Shown here: positions 10,430-19,282 of the stretch, one piece after another | Layout of the letters: every line of letters begins with the position of its first letter | Position numbering within the stretch: the stretch's first letter is position 1 | NCBI GenBank assembly: GCA_029762535.1 | Contig: JARVGK010000015.1 | Location: forward strand, 20 to 64,019 | From: Thermoplasmatota archaeon | GTDB taxonomy: Archaea > Thermoplasmatota > Penumbrarchaeia > Penumbrarchaeales > Penumbrarchaeaceae | Direction of reading: 5' to 3' | Length of the DNA: 64,000 nucleotides | Translations under genes and position numbers: made by a program | The notes under the pieces: model-generated | The model's database searches: none | What the model saw: only the letters and a program-made list of their open reading frames with translations | What the model was told of the DNA's origin: nothing

Positions 10430-10936
10430 TCACTGTTGGAATATAAGGACCTTGTTCATGACCACTTTTTGTATGGGTCTGTCAGAGCGGTCTCTGGGAA
10501 CTGCCGCGATCTTGTCGGCGACATCCTGTCCCTGGACGATCTGTCCGAATACCGAATGATGATTGTCGAGCCAGGTCGTTCCCCCGTTCTTCGTTACGAT
10601 AAAGAACTGGCTGCCTCCCGTGTTGGGACCCGCATTGGCCATTGAAAGCGCCCCCTTCGTGTGTTTAAGGGATGGATGGAACTCATCTTTAATATTATAA
10701 CCTGGACCTCCTGTACCTGTGCCTTTGGGACATCCTGTCTGGATCATGAAATCAGGTATTACCCTGTGGAATATCAAACCGTTGTAGAATCCACTGTTCG
10801 AAAGTTTGATGAAATTCTGTGTGGTTATCGGTGCCTTCTCGGTCTCCAGCTTAGCCGTCATATCTCCCATGTTCGTCGATAGCTTCACATAATATGTCAA
10901 GGGTATCACCTCGACCACGTATCGCGACATTATCAC
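10430..10936 (-). CDS. Cyclophilin-type peptidyl-prolyl cis-trans isomerase
   Basis: FHRVIPDFMIQ, LSMANAGPNTGGSQFFI, WLDNHHSVFG. Confidence 0.95.
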   Translation of the reverse strand: MIMSRYVVEVIPLTYYVKLSTNMGDMTAKLETEKAPITTQNFIKLSNSGFYNGLIFHRVIPDFMIQTGCPKGTGTGGPGYNIKDEFHPSLKHTKGALSMANAGPNTGGSQFFIVTKNGGTTWLDNHHSVFGQIVQGQDVADKIAAVPRDRSDRPIQKVVMNKVLIFQQ

Positions 10937-10954
10937 TTAATCGTTTTGGACGTT

Positions 10955-12133
10955 TCAAGCAACGAAGATATCCGGGAATTCGTTCTTGATCACATTAATA
11001 AGCACCTCGGTCGATATCTCATTCAGGTCATAGGAGGATATCTTCGATATCACAGAATCCAAAAGTTCATCATCCGCGTCAAGGAACCTCTCTTTTGCAA
11101 GATAGTCGAAAACGATCTGCTCCAGGAGGTCCTCGCGCCAGGCCTTATCATACGGTTCAAGATCGTCCGAGGAGTATGAACCTGCCTCGATGCATTCGGA
11201 TGCGATCCTTCCAGCATGAATGGATGAGACGCACGCGTTGTATATCCCACCTCCAGTGAGGGGATCTATGATCCGCGCCGCATCTCCGACGACCATGAGA
11301 TTGTCCGCAACGGTCATATCCATCGGCAGTCCGACACTAACTCCACCAGCGTGGACCTCGACTATCTTCCCCTGTGTGAAATCTGGATCCGATCCGACGA
11401 ACCTATCAAGACATCTCTTTGGGAAAGAGGGTCCGTTGATCATGCTCTCGTTGATCCCTAGTCCCACGTTGAAGAGGTCATTGCCTTTCGGGAAGCACCA
11501 AACGTATCCTCCCGGGGCATATCTTTTTCCTATGAAGAAATCGCAGAAAGAACCGTCATGTTCAACACCCGTCATCCTGTACTGGATGCAAGAATCGATG
11601 TCCCTGGGGGAGAGAGATGGATCGAGACCCCCCCACCGGGCGATCTTTGACTCGAAACCATCAGCGGCTATCACGATCTTTGCTCTTATATCGAACGTGT
11701 CCTTCAGGCTTTTACATCGGATCACGGCCTGTCCATCTTCGCGTTCCATGCCGACCGCCTCGCACATGACATTGATGTCCGCTCCGGACCTGAACGCTCT
11801 GATGGCGAGCATCCGGTCGAACATATCGCGGTTCAGAATATATCCGGTATCGTGTTTTTTCGGGTCCGATCTGAATTCTATCTTATGACCGGAAGGGGAT
11901 ATGATCCTAGCTCCATCCATTCTTGTGCTGATATGAATGCCCGTTTCCGGAAGGTCGAGCAGGTCCAGAACAGCGCTCGAGATGCCCTCACCGCATCGGA
12001 TCGGCAGTCCGATCTCCGCCCTCTTTTCTATCATTAACGTGGAATGTCCTCTACTCGATACGGCCTGGGCCGCCACGGATCCGGCTGGACCGGCACCGAC
12101 CACAAGGCAATCCACTTCTAAGGACCTATTCAT
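10955..12133 (-). CDS. Geranylgeranyl reductase family (DGGGPL reductase)
   Basis: VGAGPAGS, RCGE, AADG, PGGYVWCFPKG, VGDAA..PLTGGGI; start reassigned to ATG 12133. Confidence 0.9.
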   Translation of the reverse strand: MNRSLEVDCLVVGAGPAGSVAAQAVSSRGHSTLMIEKRAEIGLPIRCGEGISSAVLDLLDLPETGIHISTRMDGARIISPSGHKIEFRSDPKKHDTGYILNRDMFDRMLAIRAFRSGADINVMCEAVGMEREDGQAVIRCKSLKDTFDIRAKIVIAADGFESKIARWGGLDPSLSPRDIDSCIQYRMTGVEHDGSFCDFFIGKRYAPGGYVWCFPKGNDLFNVGLGINESMINGPSFPKRCLDRFVGSDPDFTQGKIVEVHAGGVSVGLPMDMTVADNLMVVGDAARIIDPLTGGGIYNACVSSIHAGRIASECIEAGSYSSDDLEPYDKAWREDLLEQIVFDYLAKERFLDADDELLDSVISKISSYDLNEISTEVLINVIKNEFPDIFVA

Positions 12134-12134
12134 C

Positions 12135-12326
12135 TCATGTCCCTCCCGAGAAGCACCCTGTAGGGCAGACGGATATGCATCTCCCGCATGAAATGCAAAG
12201 GTGAGGTTCCAGCGATATCTGAGTGTTCCTGAGCGTGAGTGCCCCAACGGGGCACGTTCCCACACACACACCGCATCTCAGGCAGGCATCTGACGTCCAT
12301 ATCGGATGATAGGTCATGAACTCCAT
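12135..12326 (-). CDS. 2x[4Fe-4S] ferredoxin, probable electron donor to the adjacent reductase
   Basis: CLRCGVCVGTCP and CISCGRCISVCP. Confidence 0.85.
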   Translation of the reverse strand: MEFMTYHPIWTSDACLRCGVCVGTCPVGALTLRNTQISLEPHLCISCGRCISVCPTGCFSGGT

Positions 12327-12419
12327 AGAGGATAGTTGATAAAAAATGTTTTCGCTCTACCCATATCCACAATCAATGTTATATAATCCTATAACATAGC
12401 TCTGTTCGACGGTGGTTAA

Positions 12420-12752
12420 ATGGACTGGCCTGACTCTATTGTGGAGCTTGACGAATCGCAATACGAATCTTTCATAAGGAAATACCCTTCTGCTATCGTG
12501 GACTTTTGGGGCCCATCATGTGCCCCATGCAAGATGCTCTCACCACTTATGGAAGCTCTCGCCTCGGAGATGAAGGGAAAGGTGGCCTTTGGCAAAGTGG
12601 ATGTCACAAAGAACCTCAAGTTGACATCTAAAATGATGATACGATCGATACCCACCATTCATTATTACAGGGACGGTAACAAGGTCAAGGAATCCCAGGG
12701 ATTCATACCCAGGTCCCGTCTGATTCAGGAGATGAGGGAAATTCTTCATTAG
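12420..12752 (+). CDS. Thioredoxin
   Basis: VDFWGPSCAPCK, IRSIPT. Confidence 0.9.
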   Translation: MDWPDSIVELDESQYESFIRKYPSAIVDFWGPSCAPCKMLSPLMEALASEMKGKVAFGKVDVTKNLKLTSKMMIRSIPTIHYYRDGNKVKESQGFIPRSRLIQEMREILH

Positions 12753-12764
12753 AAAGGCGATACG

Positions 12765-13619
12765 ATGTTGGATCCTCTGGACCATTGGAAAGAACCGATC
12801 GTCGCGATGGTCGTTCAGAACCATCTTTCATCCAAGGACCCCTTGGAAAACATGGAAATGGCTGTGGGTCAGATCCGCTCGGGTCTCGATGATGATGATG
12901 TGGACATCGTCGTTCTCCCGGAACTATTCGCCACCGGTTTCGAGAGGAAAGCGATACTAAACCCGGATAGGATCAGCTCGAGAATTAACGAATCGATGGA
13001 GGATATCTCCACTTGCTATCGTGTGAACCTTATCTACTCCATGCCATATCGGGATAACGGCTCCATCTACAACAGGGCATTTCTGATGGATAGAGAAGGC
13101 AGGATAAAGGGCCATTATGATAAGACACACCTGTTCTCAAGGAGCGGAGAGGATCGTCTTTTCAGTCCTGGAGGATCGCTTCGAGTTTTCGAGATCGAAG
13201 GGTTACCGATCGGCATTGTGACCTGTTATGAGATAAGGTATCCGGAGCTTGCCCTATCCCTCGCACGCTCAGGGGCGGGGGTTATACTAAACCCTGCGCA
13301 GTGGCCGGATTTCCGCATTTCTCAATGGACGACCCTTCTAAGGGCAAGGGCCATAGAGAACCAGTTGTTCGTAATAGGTGCTAACATTACCGGAAATATT
13401 GGGAACTATTCCATGGGCGGTCATTCATGTATAGTGGAACCTTTCGGAGAACCGGCCGGATCACTGGGTGGAGGCCCCGGGATCCTGAAATGTACATTGG
13501 ACCCGAACAAGATATCCAGTTTCAGGAAGAAGATAAGGATGGCGGATGATAGAAGGGAGATCGACAGGATCGAAAGGATCGAGATATCCACAGTACATAT
13601 CAGGCGGGAAAGGTCATGA
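12765..13619 (+). CDS. Carbon-nitrogen hydrolase (nitrilase superfamily, omega-amidase-like)
   Basis: Catalytic triad LPELF / YDKTHLF / TCYEIRYPE; ARAIENQ. Confidence 0.9.
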   Translation: MLDPLDHWKEPIVAMVVQNHLSSKDPLENMEMAVGQIRSGLDDDDVDIVVLPELFATGFERKAILNPDRISSRINESMEDISTCYRVNLIYSMPYRDNGSIYNRAFLMDREGRIKGHYDKTHLFSRSGEDRLFSPGGSLRVFEIEGLPIGIVTCYEIRYPELALSLARSGAGVILNPAQWPDFRISQWTTLLRARAIENQLFVIGANITGNIGNYSMGGHSCIVEPFGEPAGSLGGGPGILKCTLDPNKISSFRKKIRMADDRREIDRIERIEISTVHIRRERS

Positions 13620-13889
13620 GTTCCTGGATGTGGAGACTATCTCGTATGAGATGTGGGAGCACTGCATGCATGTAAGCACCTCGACAGGTCTGATGATGAG
13701 GTCCCCCGAGAGGGTTTCGAAAGAATTCGATGTGCTCATCATACGGCTGTATCTTGAATTGATGGTGGAACCACATTTCGGGCACTTGTATGGCCGGTAA
13801 TGCTCGAAACGATCCGCAAGGTTGAAAATATGCATGTAAGGGCTCGATCCCTCTATCCGTTGATCATATAGGACCTCGTCATCTTCCAT
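13614..13889 (-). CDS. Small zinc-ribbon protein
   Basis: CPKCG...CMQC pair; probable ATG at 13889. Confidence 0.5.
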   Translation of the reverse strand: MEDDEVLYDQRIEGSSPYMHIFNLADRFEHYRPYKCPKCGSTINSRYSRMMSTSNSFETLSGDLIIRPVEVLTCMQCSHISYEIVSTSRNS

Positions 13890-14048
13890 TGGTGAGGATT
13901 TTACGTTCAATGTATTATAAAATATCCTTATGACTATACAATTCTAGAAAAAACATTTCTTTTAACTGCAAATGATAATGAGGCAAAAGGAAGATCGGTT
14001 ATTTCATATCCCATTCTACTCGTTGTATCATTATTAAGGATGGAGGGA

Positions 14049-14765
14049 TCATGAAATGTTCAATGCCCATTCTCGCGGAAGCGATGCATCTCCCCTCTTG
14101 TGGACCAATCTCAGTCGTCTCTCCCAGTCATCCCCTACTTTCATCGCCTCCGCTTCCAGGATCGAGTCGAATAAACGGACCTCCTTCCCTTTTAGAGGAT
14201 CGATGTTCATCGAAGACCCTATCAAGGCTATCCCGTTGACCGAACGGAGAAGTCTTCTCAATATTGTAAGACGGTCGAAAACCTCAGAGGTAGCGTAATG
14301 TTCGGTCAGATCGTCGAGGGAATCGAGTACCAGTGTGAAGGGAAGGACCTGTTTGGCAGCCGAGTTCGTGATCTCAGAGAGAATATCGCACCCCCTCCTT
14401 TTGAGTTTGACAGGGCGTTCGGACATGGACACCTCAAGTAGGTCCGTGACCATGATCCCTTCTGTCATGAATCGGTCCCTTTTAACGATCCTTTTTAGTT
14501 CATCCTCACGATGGTCCAAAGATGAGAATATCTCAATGTTCGGACTTGGCGGGACGTAATTGAGGGATGATCTCATCTCATCGATCGTCTCATAGGTGGA
14601 AAGGTATACGGCGGCACTACCCTCGGGTATCTCTGTGAGCATTTCCTTTAAGAGGATATCGCCCGCACTGCCCGGGCCGTACTTCAAAAGGATAGAACCT
14701 CCCTTGCCTATAACTTCCTCAATGAATCCCTTGAGGTCCTGTTCACCGATCGATACCCGGCTCAT
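14049..14765 (-). CDS. RAD55/KaiC-like RecA-fold protein with degenerate Walker A
   Basis: GGSILLKYGPGSAGD, YLSTYET, LVLDSL, LFDSIL, RRLRLVHKRG. Confidence 0.7.
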   Translation of the reverse strand: MSRVSIGEQDLKGFIEEVIGKGGSILLKYGPGSAGDILLKEMLTEIPEGSAAVYLSTYETIDEMRSSLNYVPPSPNIEIFSSLDHREDELKRIVKRDRFMTEGIMVTDLLEVSMSERPVKLKRRGCDILSEITNSAAKQVLPFTLVLDSLDDLTEHYATSEVFDRLTILRRLLRSVNGIALIGSSMNIDPLKGKEVRLFDSILEAEAMKVGDDWERRLRLVHKRGDASLPREWALNIS

Positions 14766-15337
14766 TTTTCCACCTTCATCATGTTGATATTGTGGTCCAT
14801 CAAGGTCGAGATCGATCGGGAAATGGCAGCCGTACCATCCAGGTCCTGATCGAAAATAATGAAGGTTACATCCTCTTCCAGAAGCCTGTTGGTCAGGTAT
14901 TTGAAGAACTCGAACATCACACTGTGCGGGTGGTCCATCGACAAAGCGCCGAGAGAATCGATGATCAGGAACGAATACTCTTCTTTTCCCTCTGTCATCA
15001 GCCTTTCTATCTCTATGAGGATGGATTCAAGGGAAGCAGGTGCTGGGAGTGTAATGATGTTTGGTATTTCGGTCTCCTTGCTACCCAAGGACATCGTGAC
15101 CGTATCGATTATCCGTAAAGAGTTCTTCGGAAGATTGGAAAGGCTGACCCTTCTGGAGAGTGCGTTGGCGGACCACAAGGTAGAAATCAATATCCCCTTC
15201 CTTTTCGCCACCTGCGTCTGTTTCTCTATCAGTGATGTGAACGTTCGGAGGAAGGCCTCTCCCGATACCTTTACGTGAATATGGCTTCCCTGCTCATCGG
15301 TCACCCTGAGGAAATTCGATAACTGATTACCGTTCAT
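14762..15337 (-). CDS. Inactivated RecA/KaiC-like domain protein
   Basis: IIDTVT, FLIIDSL, ISTLMD; no P-loop; ATGA overlaps on both sides. Confidence 0.65.
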   Translation of the reverse strand: MNGNQLSNFLRVTDEQGSHIHVKVSGEAFLRTFTSLIEKQTQVAKRKGILISTLWSANALSRRVSLSNLPKNSLRIIDTVTMSLGSKETEIPNIITLPAPASLESILIEIERLMTEGKEEYSFLIIDSLGALSMDHPHSVMFEFFKYLTNRLLEEDVTFIIFDQDLDGTAAISRSISTLMDHNINMMKVEK

Positions 15338-16077
15338 TCCAGACCCTCCGACGGGAACAGTCTAGGGGCCATTATGACGCTGTCTGAGGACATGTCGATC
15401 ACATATATGCTTCTTGAATGAGGGGCGTCCTTCCATCTTTGTATGTGGAGGGTATTCACGGGGGATCTTCCTGAATCCTCTCTATTCAACTTGATCATCA
15501 CATCGAAGAGGTTTGGATTGGGGATGTATCCTGGTTCACGCTTGTTGACGAAGAGGGGGTCTATATCGTATACTATGAATGCCGAGGCATTGAGCTTTAC
15601 GAGATCGATCTTGAGTTCGGTAAGATAAGACCCCCTGCCATTTTTATTTAGGAGGTCGATGAACGGAGCACCCGGATCGATGATGACCCTTTTCATATCC
15701 ATGTCGGATATTATCTGAACCATGACATCGAAGAGGAGGTCGAGGTCATCCACCTCGATCCTTTCCGGGTCGATTCCTATGTTTTCCATCAGATTCTGAA
15801 GCATGAATATGGATATGTACCCATCCTTTAGCCAGCTGGATTCATAGCACTTGAACCTCTGGAACTTCCTTGTGAAAAGGCTTGTCGGTTCGTATGTGAG
15901 AAGACAGACGTTTTGATTTAGGGAGGCTCCGCGGAACAAAAAGTGTGACCCGAGGGTCGTCTTGCCAGTTCCCGGAGGGCCATATATCAATCCTAGAAGG
16001 CCGGGTTCCATCCTGCCGGTGGTCAGATTGTCGAGCTTCTCTATTCCGAATACATGATCGCCACTCTCGCCGTGCAT
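15334..16077 (-). CDS. RAD55/KaiC family ATPase
   Basis: FGIEKLD, Walker A GPPGTGKT, TYE, RVIID, LFDVMIKL. Confidence 0.85.
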   Translation of the reverse strand: MHGESGDHVFGIEKLDNLTTGRMEPGLLGLIYGPPGTGKTTLGSHFLFRGASLNQNVCLLTYEPTSLFTRKFQRFKCYESSWLKDGYISIFMLQNLMENIGIDPERIEVDDLDLLFDVMVQIISDMDMKRVIIDPGAPFIDLLNKNGRGSYLTELKIDLVKLNASAFIVYDIDPLFVNKREPGYIPNPNLFDVMIKLNREDSGRSPVNTLHIQRWKDAPHSRSIYVIDMSSDSVIMAPRLFPSEGLE

Positions 16078-16128
16078 CGACCTTGGAACGGGTATAAATT
16101 ATTTAATCCTATCAATGGGCGAAAACGT

Positions 16129-18504
16129 TCAGTTGGTCTCAAGTTTCGATCGGAGTTCCTGGGCCTCGGTGTTACCTGGGTTTATTGTAAGGGCCCTCTT
16201 TATGCATTCAAAAGCTTTTGTGGTCTCATTCATTTCTATGAAAAGGCTGGCCTTCTTCGTCCATATCCTATCGTTCTTGGGGTCCTCACGTAAAGCCTGG
16301 TTCAAAACATCGCTTCCCCCATCCCTATCACCCTCTCTGAGGAACAGTTCGTATAATGAGATGTACGCGTCCATATAGTGTGGATCGACCTTTATCGTTT
16401 TTTCAAGAAGTTCGTATGATTCGTCCTTCACATCTTTCTTCGATAGTGTCGTGGCAAGGGCCACCAAAGCCTCAGGATTGCGATCATCGATGGATATTGA
16501 TTTCCTGAAACATTTAAGCGCATCCGCGCTCATGGAATATACAGAATCGAGAATACGTCCTTTTTCGTACCATGCCAGGGAATGATCGTCTTTGATCATA
16601 GTGGTGGAATCGAGCGCAGAGAGGGCATCTTGATGTTTATCCAACCCTCTAGTCAGGACAATACCCTTCCAATACCATCCATCGGGATCGTTCGGGTGTT
16701 TGCTGGTAAGCTCCTCGAATATTCTTATGGCCTCTATAGGGTCATAAAGATATTCGAAATATATCTTTCCGAGTTCGATCATCAGAGAAGCATTTCCCGG
16801 GGAACTCTTCAAGGCCGAGTTCAGGGAGGATATCGCCTCATCGGCCCGGTTCAATCCTTTGCTTAGGACCTGGGACCTCGCTATGATGGACGGTATGTAT
16901 CCTGGGTCGTTATGTATCGCATCGTTGAGGATCGTCAATGCCCTGTTCGGTTCATTGTCCAGTTTGAATGATCCTATCCCTTGAACGTATAGGCCAATGG
17001 GATCTTTGGGGGATGCCTGAAGGAGAGCTCCGGAAAGCCTATATGCCTTCTCGAAATGAATGTCGTTTTTCATGAGAAGTTCGATCTCTCTTCTGAGGAT
17101 CTCGATAGAGTCGTTCTTTATCTCTCGCGCTTTCTCATAACATGCAATGGCCTCGTCTATATCGCCCTCAAAGCGTTCTGCCATCTCGCCCTTGAACATC
17201 CAAGCATGTATGTGCGAGGGATCGCTAGCTACGACCGCATCGAAATATTTTCGCGCCTTTTTGTTATCATTGAGCTTCTTGTACGATAACAATCCCAGCC
17301 TGAAGGAACCCTTGATGTGCTTGGGATTGATCCGTAGAAGAGTTCTGTATGCCATAACGGCCTCGTCCATACGATTCAATCTTTGCTCGAGTATCTGTGC
17401 CTTGAGGTACCAGGCCTCCTCGCTGTAAGGGTCCTTCTCAAGTGCGAACTCTAGGCATTTTAATCCGTCCTCCTCCCGTCCTCGTGTTCTTCCGAGAATG
17501 CCACCTTTGCGGATCCAGACGGGATGATGATTGGGGTCGATATCAGTGGCCTGGTCATACGAGTATAGGGCCTCTTCGAGGTCTCCCATCATCTCATAGC
17601 ACATACCTCTGTAAGCCCAAGCGTCCCTATTGTCCACATCGATCTCAAGGACCTTATCCGCACATTCAAGGGCTGTTTGATGATCGCTCCTGAAATCGAA
17701 TAGTATCCGGCACTTCTCTATCAAAAGCTCGGTCCTCTCAGGCTGCATGGTCAATGCTTCCTCTAAGTAGAAAAGTGCAGTATCGTGATCACCTTCATCA
17801 GCGGAGTCCTTTGCTCTGATCAATAGCCCCTTCACGATCTTTTTATGCTCGTCAAGATGAGGTTCTTTTCTATCCTTACCAAGTGGTTTCACGTCTCCGG
17901 ATAGGTCCATTGCCCGGGTTTTGTCATCACCCTTGTCCTCAATATCTTTCAGCCTATCATCACAAGCGATGCTAGATCGCAGTGCTTTGATCGAATTGAC
18001 ATAATCCATTATCCCCTTCTCATCCTTCTCATAGGATGCTTCCCACAGAGAATCCATGTCCTCGAGGATGCCTGTGACCATGTCCATTCCCGTTATCAGA
18101 ACACCATGATTTATCGAATCGACCATGCTTTTCTCCGAAAGATCACCAGTTGCCATTATGGCCTTTTTGGAATCGAATATCGCCATGGTCGTGGATAGAT
18201 TCCCTGCGAACCTGAGCTCGATCCTGGATGCAGGATCCCTCTTCATTAGCGTCAATATCTTAAGTACATCCGGATCGATACCATTTTCAAGTAGATCCCT
18301 TTGCGAGAATCTTGTTATGAAACGCAATCTCAGTTTCTTGTTATTCCTCGCTATCATTATAGATTGGACCTTACGCATCAGCTGAATGTCGAGGAAGGGG
18401 GTTACGATCAGAGCTTCCTTTTCCACCTCCATAAGGTTCCAAAGGAATATGTTCCTCCACGGGCTCTGGAACATGAAAAAACCCGAATCTATATCCTCAT
18501 CCAT
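16129..18504 (-). CDS. Degenerate PLD-like N-terminal domain plus long TPR array
   Basis: IVTPF..ITRF..NLSTTMAIFD.KKAIMATGDLS follows the PLD pattern without HxK; more than 12 TPR-like repeats (AWAYRG, AWYLKA, AWMFKG, GWYWKG, AWYEKG); ATG 18504 behind AGGTGG. Confidence 0.75.
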   Translation of the reverse strand: MDEDIDSGFFMFQSPWRNIFLWNLMEVEKEALIVTPFLDIQLMRKVQSIMIARNNKKLRLRFITRFSQRDLLENGIDPDVLKILTLMKRDPASRIELRFAGNLSTTMAIFDSKKAIMATGDLSEKSMVDSINHGVLITGMDMVTGILEDMDSLWEASYEKDEKGIMDYVNSIKALRSSIACDDRLKDIEDKGDDKTRAMDLSGDVKPLGKDRKEPHLDEHKKIVKGLLIRAKDSADEGDHDTALFYLEEALTMQPERTELLIEKCRILFDFRSDHQTALECADKVLEIDVDNRDAWAYRGMCYEMMGDLEEALYSYDQATDIDPNHHPVWIRKGGILGRTRGREEDGLKCLEFALEKDPYSEEAWYLKAQILEQRLNRMDEAVMAYRTLLRINPKHIKGSFRLGLLSYKKLNDNKKARKYFDAVVASDPSHIHAWMFKGEMAERFEGDIDEAIACYEKAREIKNDSIEILRREIELLMKNDIHFEKAYRLSGALLQASPKDPIGLYVQGIGSFKLDNEPNRALTILNDAIHNDPGYIPSIIARSQVLSKGLNRADEAISSLNSALKSSPGNASLMIELGKIYFEYLYDPIEAIRIFEELTSKHPNDPDGWYWKGIVLTRGLDKHQDALSALDSTTMIKDDHSLAWYEKGRILDSVYSMSADALKCFRKSISIDDRNPEALVALATTLSKKDVKDESYELLEKTIKVDPHYMDAYISLYELFLREGDRDGGSDVLNQALREDPKNDRIWTKKASLFIEMNETTKAFECIKRALTINPGNTEAQELRSKLETN

Positions 18505-18610
18505 GGGACCACCTGCCAACAATGAACTTGTACTTCGTAAGAGAGATTTTTCTTATACTTTATCGTATCTGAGCCATTATTCATCATGGGATATCATTCT
18601 TTTCAAAACC

Positions 18611-19279
18611 CTATAACGATAACAGGATCCGGCGTATTCCCTCCAACCTTTCGAGTTCAAGTATGAAGAGAGAAACGCGAGCCTTAGATGACAGTTCATG
18701 GACCCTCATGGCCATCCTCTCTTCCCTGAGTTTCTCAAGGGTTCGAAAATCCGACATCCTGTTGACGGTTCGATCCCAATGTGTGCAGAAAGCCGCCGCA
18801 TCCGATCCCTTATAGTCCATCCTGTTGATCCTCTTGATCTCGAGCGACTGTCTGACGAGAGTAAGCCCTCCGACGTTCTCCGTGTATGCATCTGAATATT
18901 CCTCATCGTTCATGTCCAGGGGAAAAATGGGGATCCCCCTCTCTCTGGAAGACCTCAAAGCTTGGACCAAAGAAGGAGGGGGTATCTGAACCTCTCCGAA
19001 CCTGGATAATTTGATAGCATATACTTTCTCAAGAGGGGACATGGGCGTTCTCTTATATTCTCCATCAATGACCATGGCCAATCCCTCAAGCTCCTCAGGG
19101 GAGATATGTACGCCTATGAGGTCCGGTCCGAGCATTTCGATGACCTGCTCAACGGTGAAGGATTCGGATACAAGGCCCTTGATCGTTCCGAGGATATGAA
19201 TGCGGAACCCGCCCTTATCGAATTCGATCAGCCTCAGGACCTCAAGGTCGCCTGCCCTCCCGGATCCTATCTCCTTCAC
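18611..19279 (-). CDS. Conserved hypothetical protein, possibly TraB/GumN-like fold
   Basis: IHILGTIKGLVSE..V...I....PD, PLDM, REERMA pattern. Confidence 0.5.
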   Translation of the reverse strand: MKEIGSGRAGDLEVLRLIEFDKGGFRIHILGTIKGLVSESFTVEQVIEMLGPDLIGVHISPEELEGLAMVIDGEYKRTPMSPLEKVYAIKLSRFGEVQIPPPSLVQALRSSRERGIPIFPLDMNDEEYSDAYTENVGGLTLVRQSLEIKRINRMDYKGSDAAAFCTHWDRTVNRMSDFRTLEKLREERMAMRVHELSSKARVSLFILELERLEGIRRILLSL

Positions 19280-19282
19280 CTG

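Noticed and set aside
13890-14048. AT-rich gap as a replication origin
   Set aside because: No ORB-like repeats or cdc6/orc1 nearby; consistent with a plain promoter/terminator region
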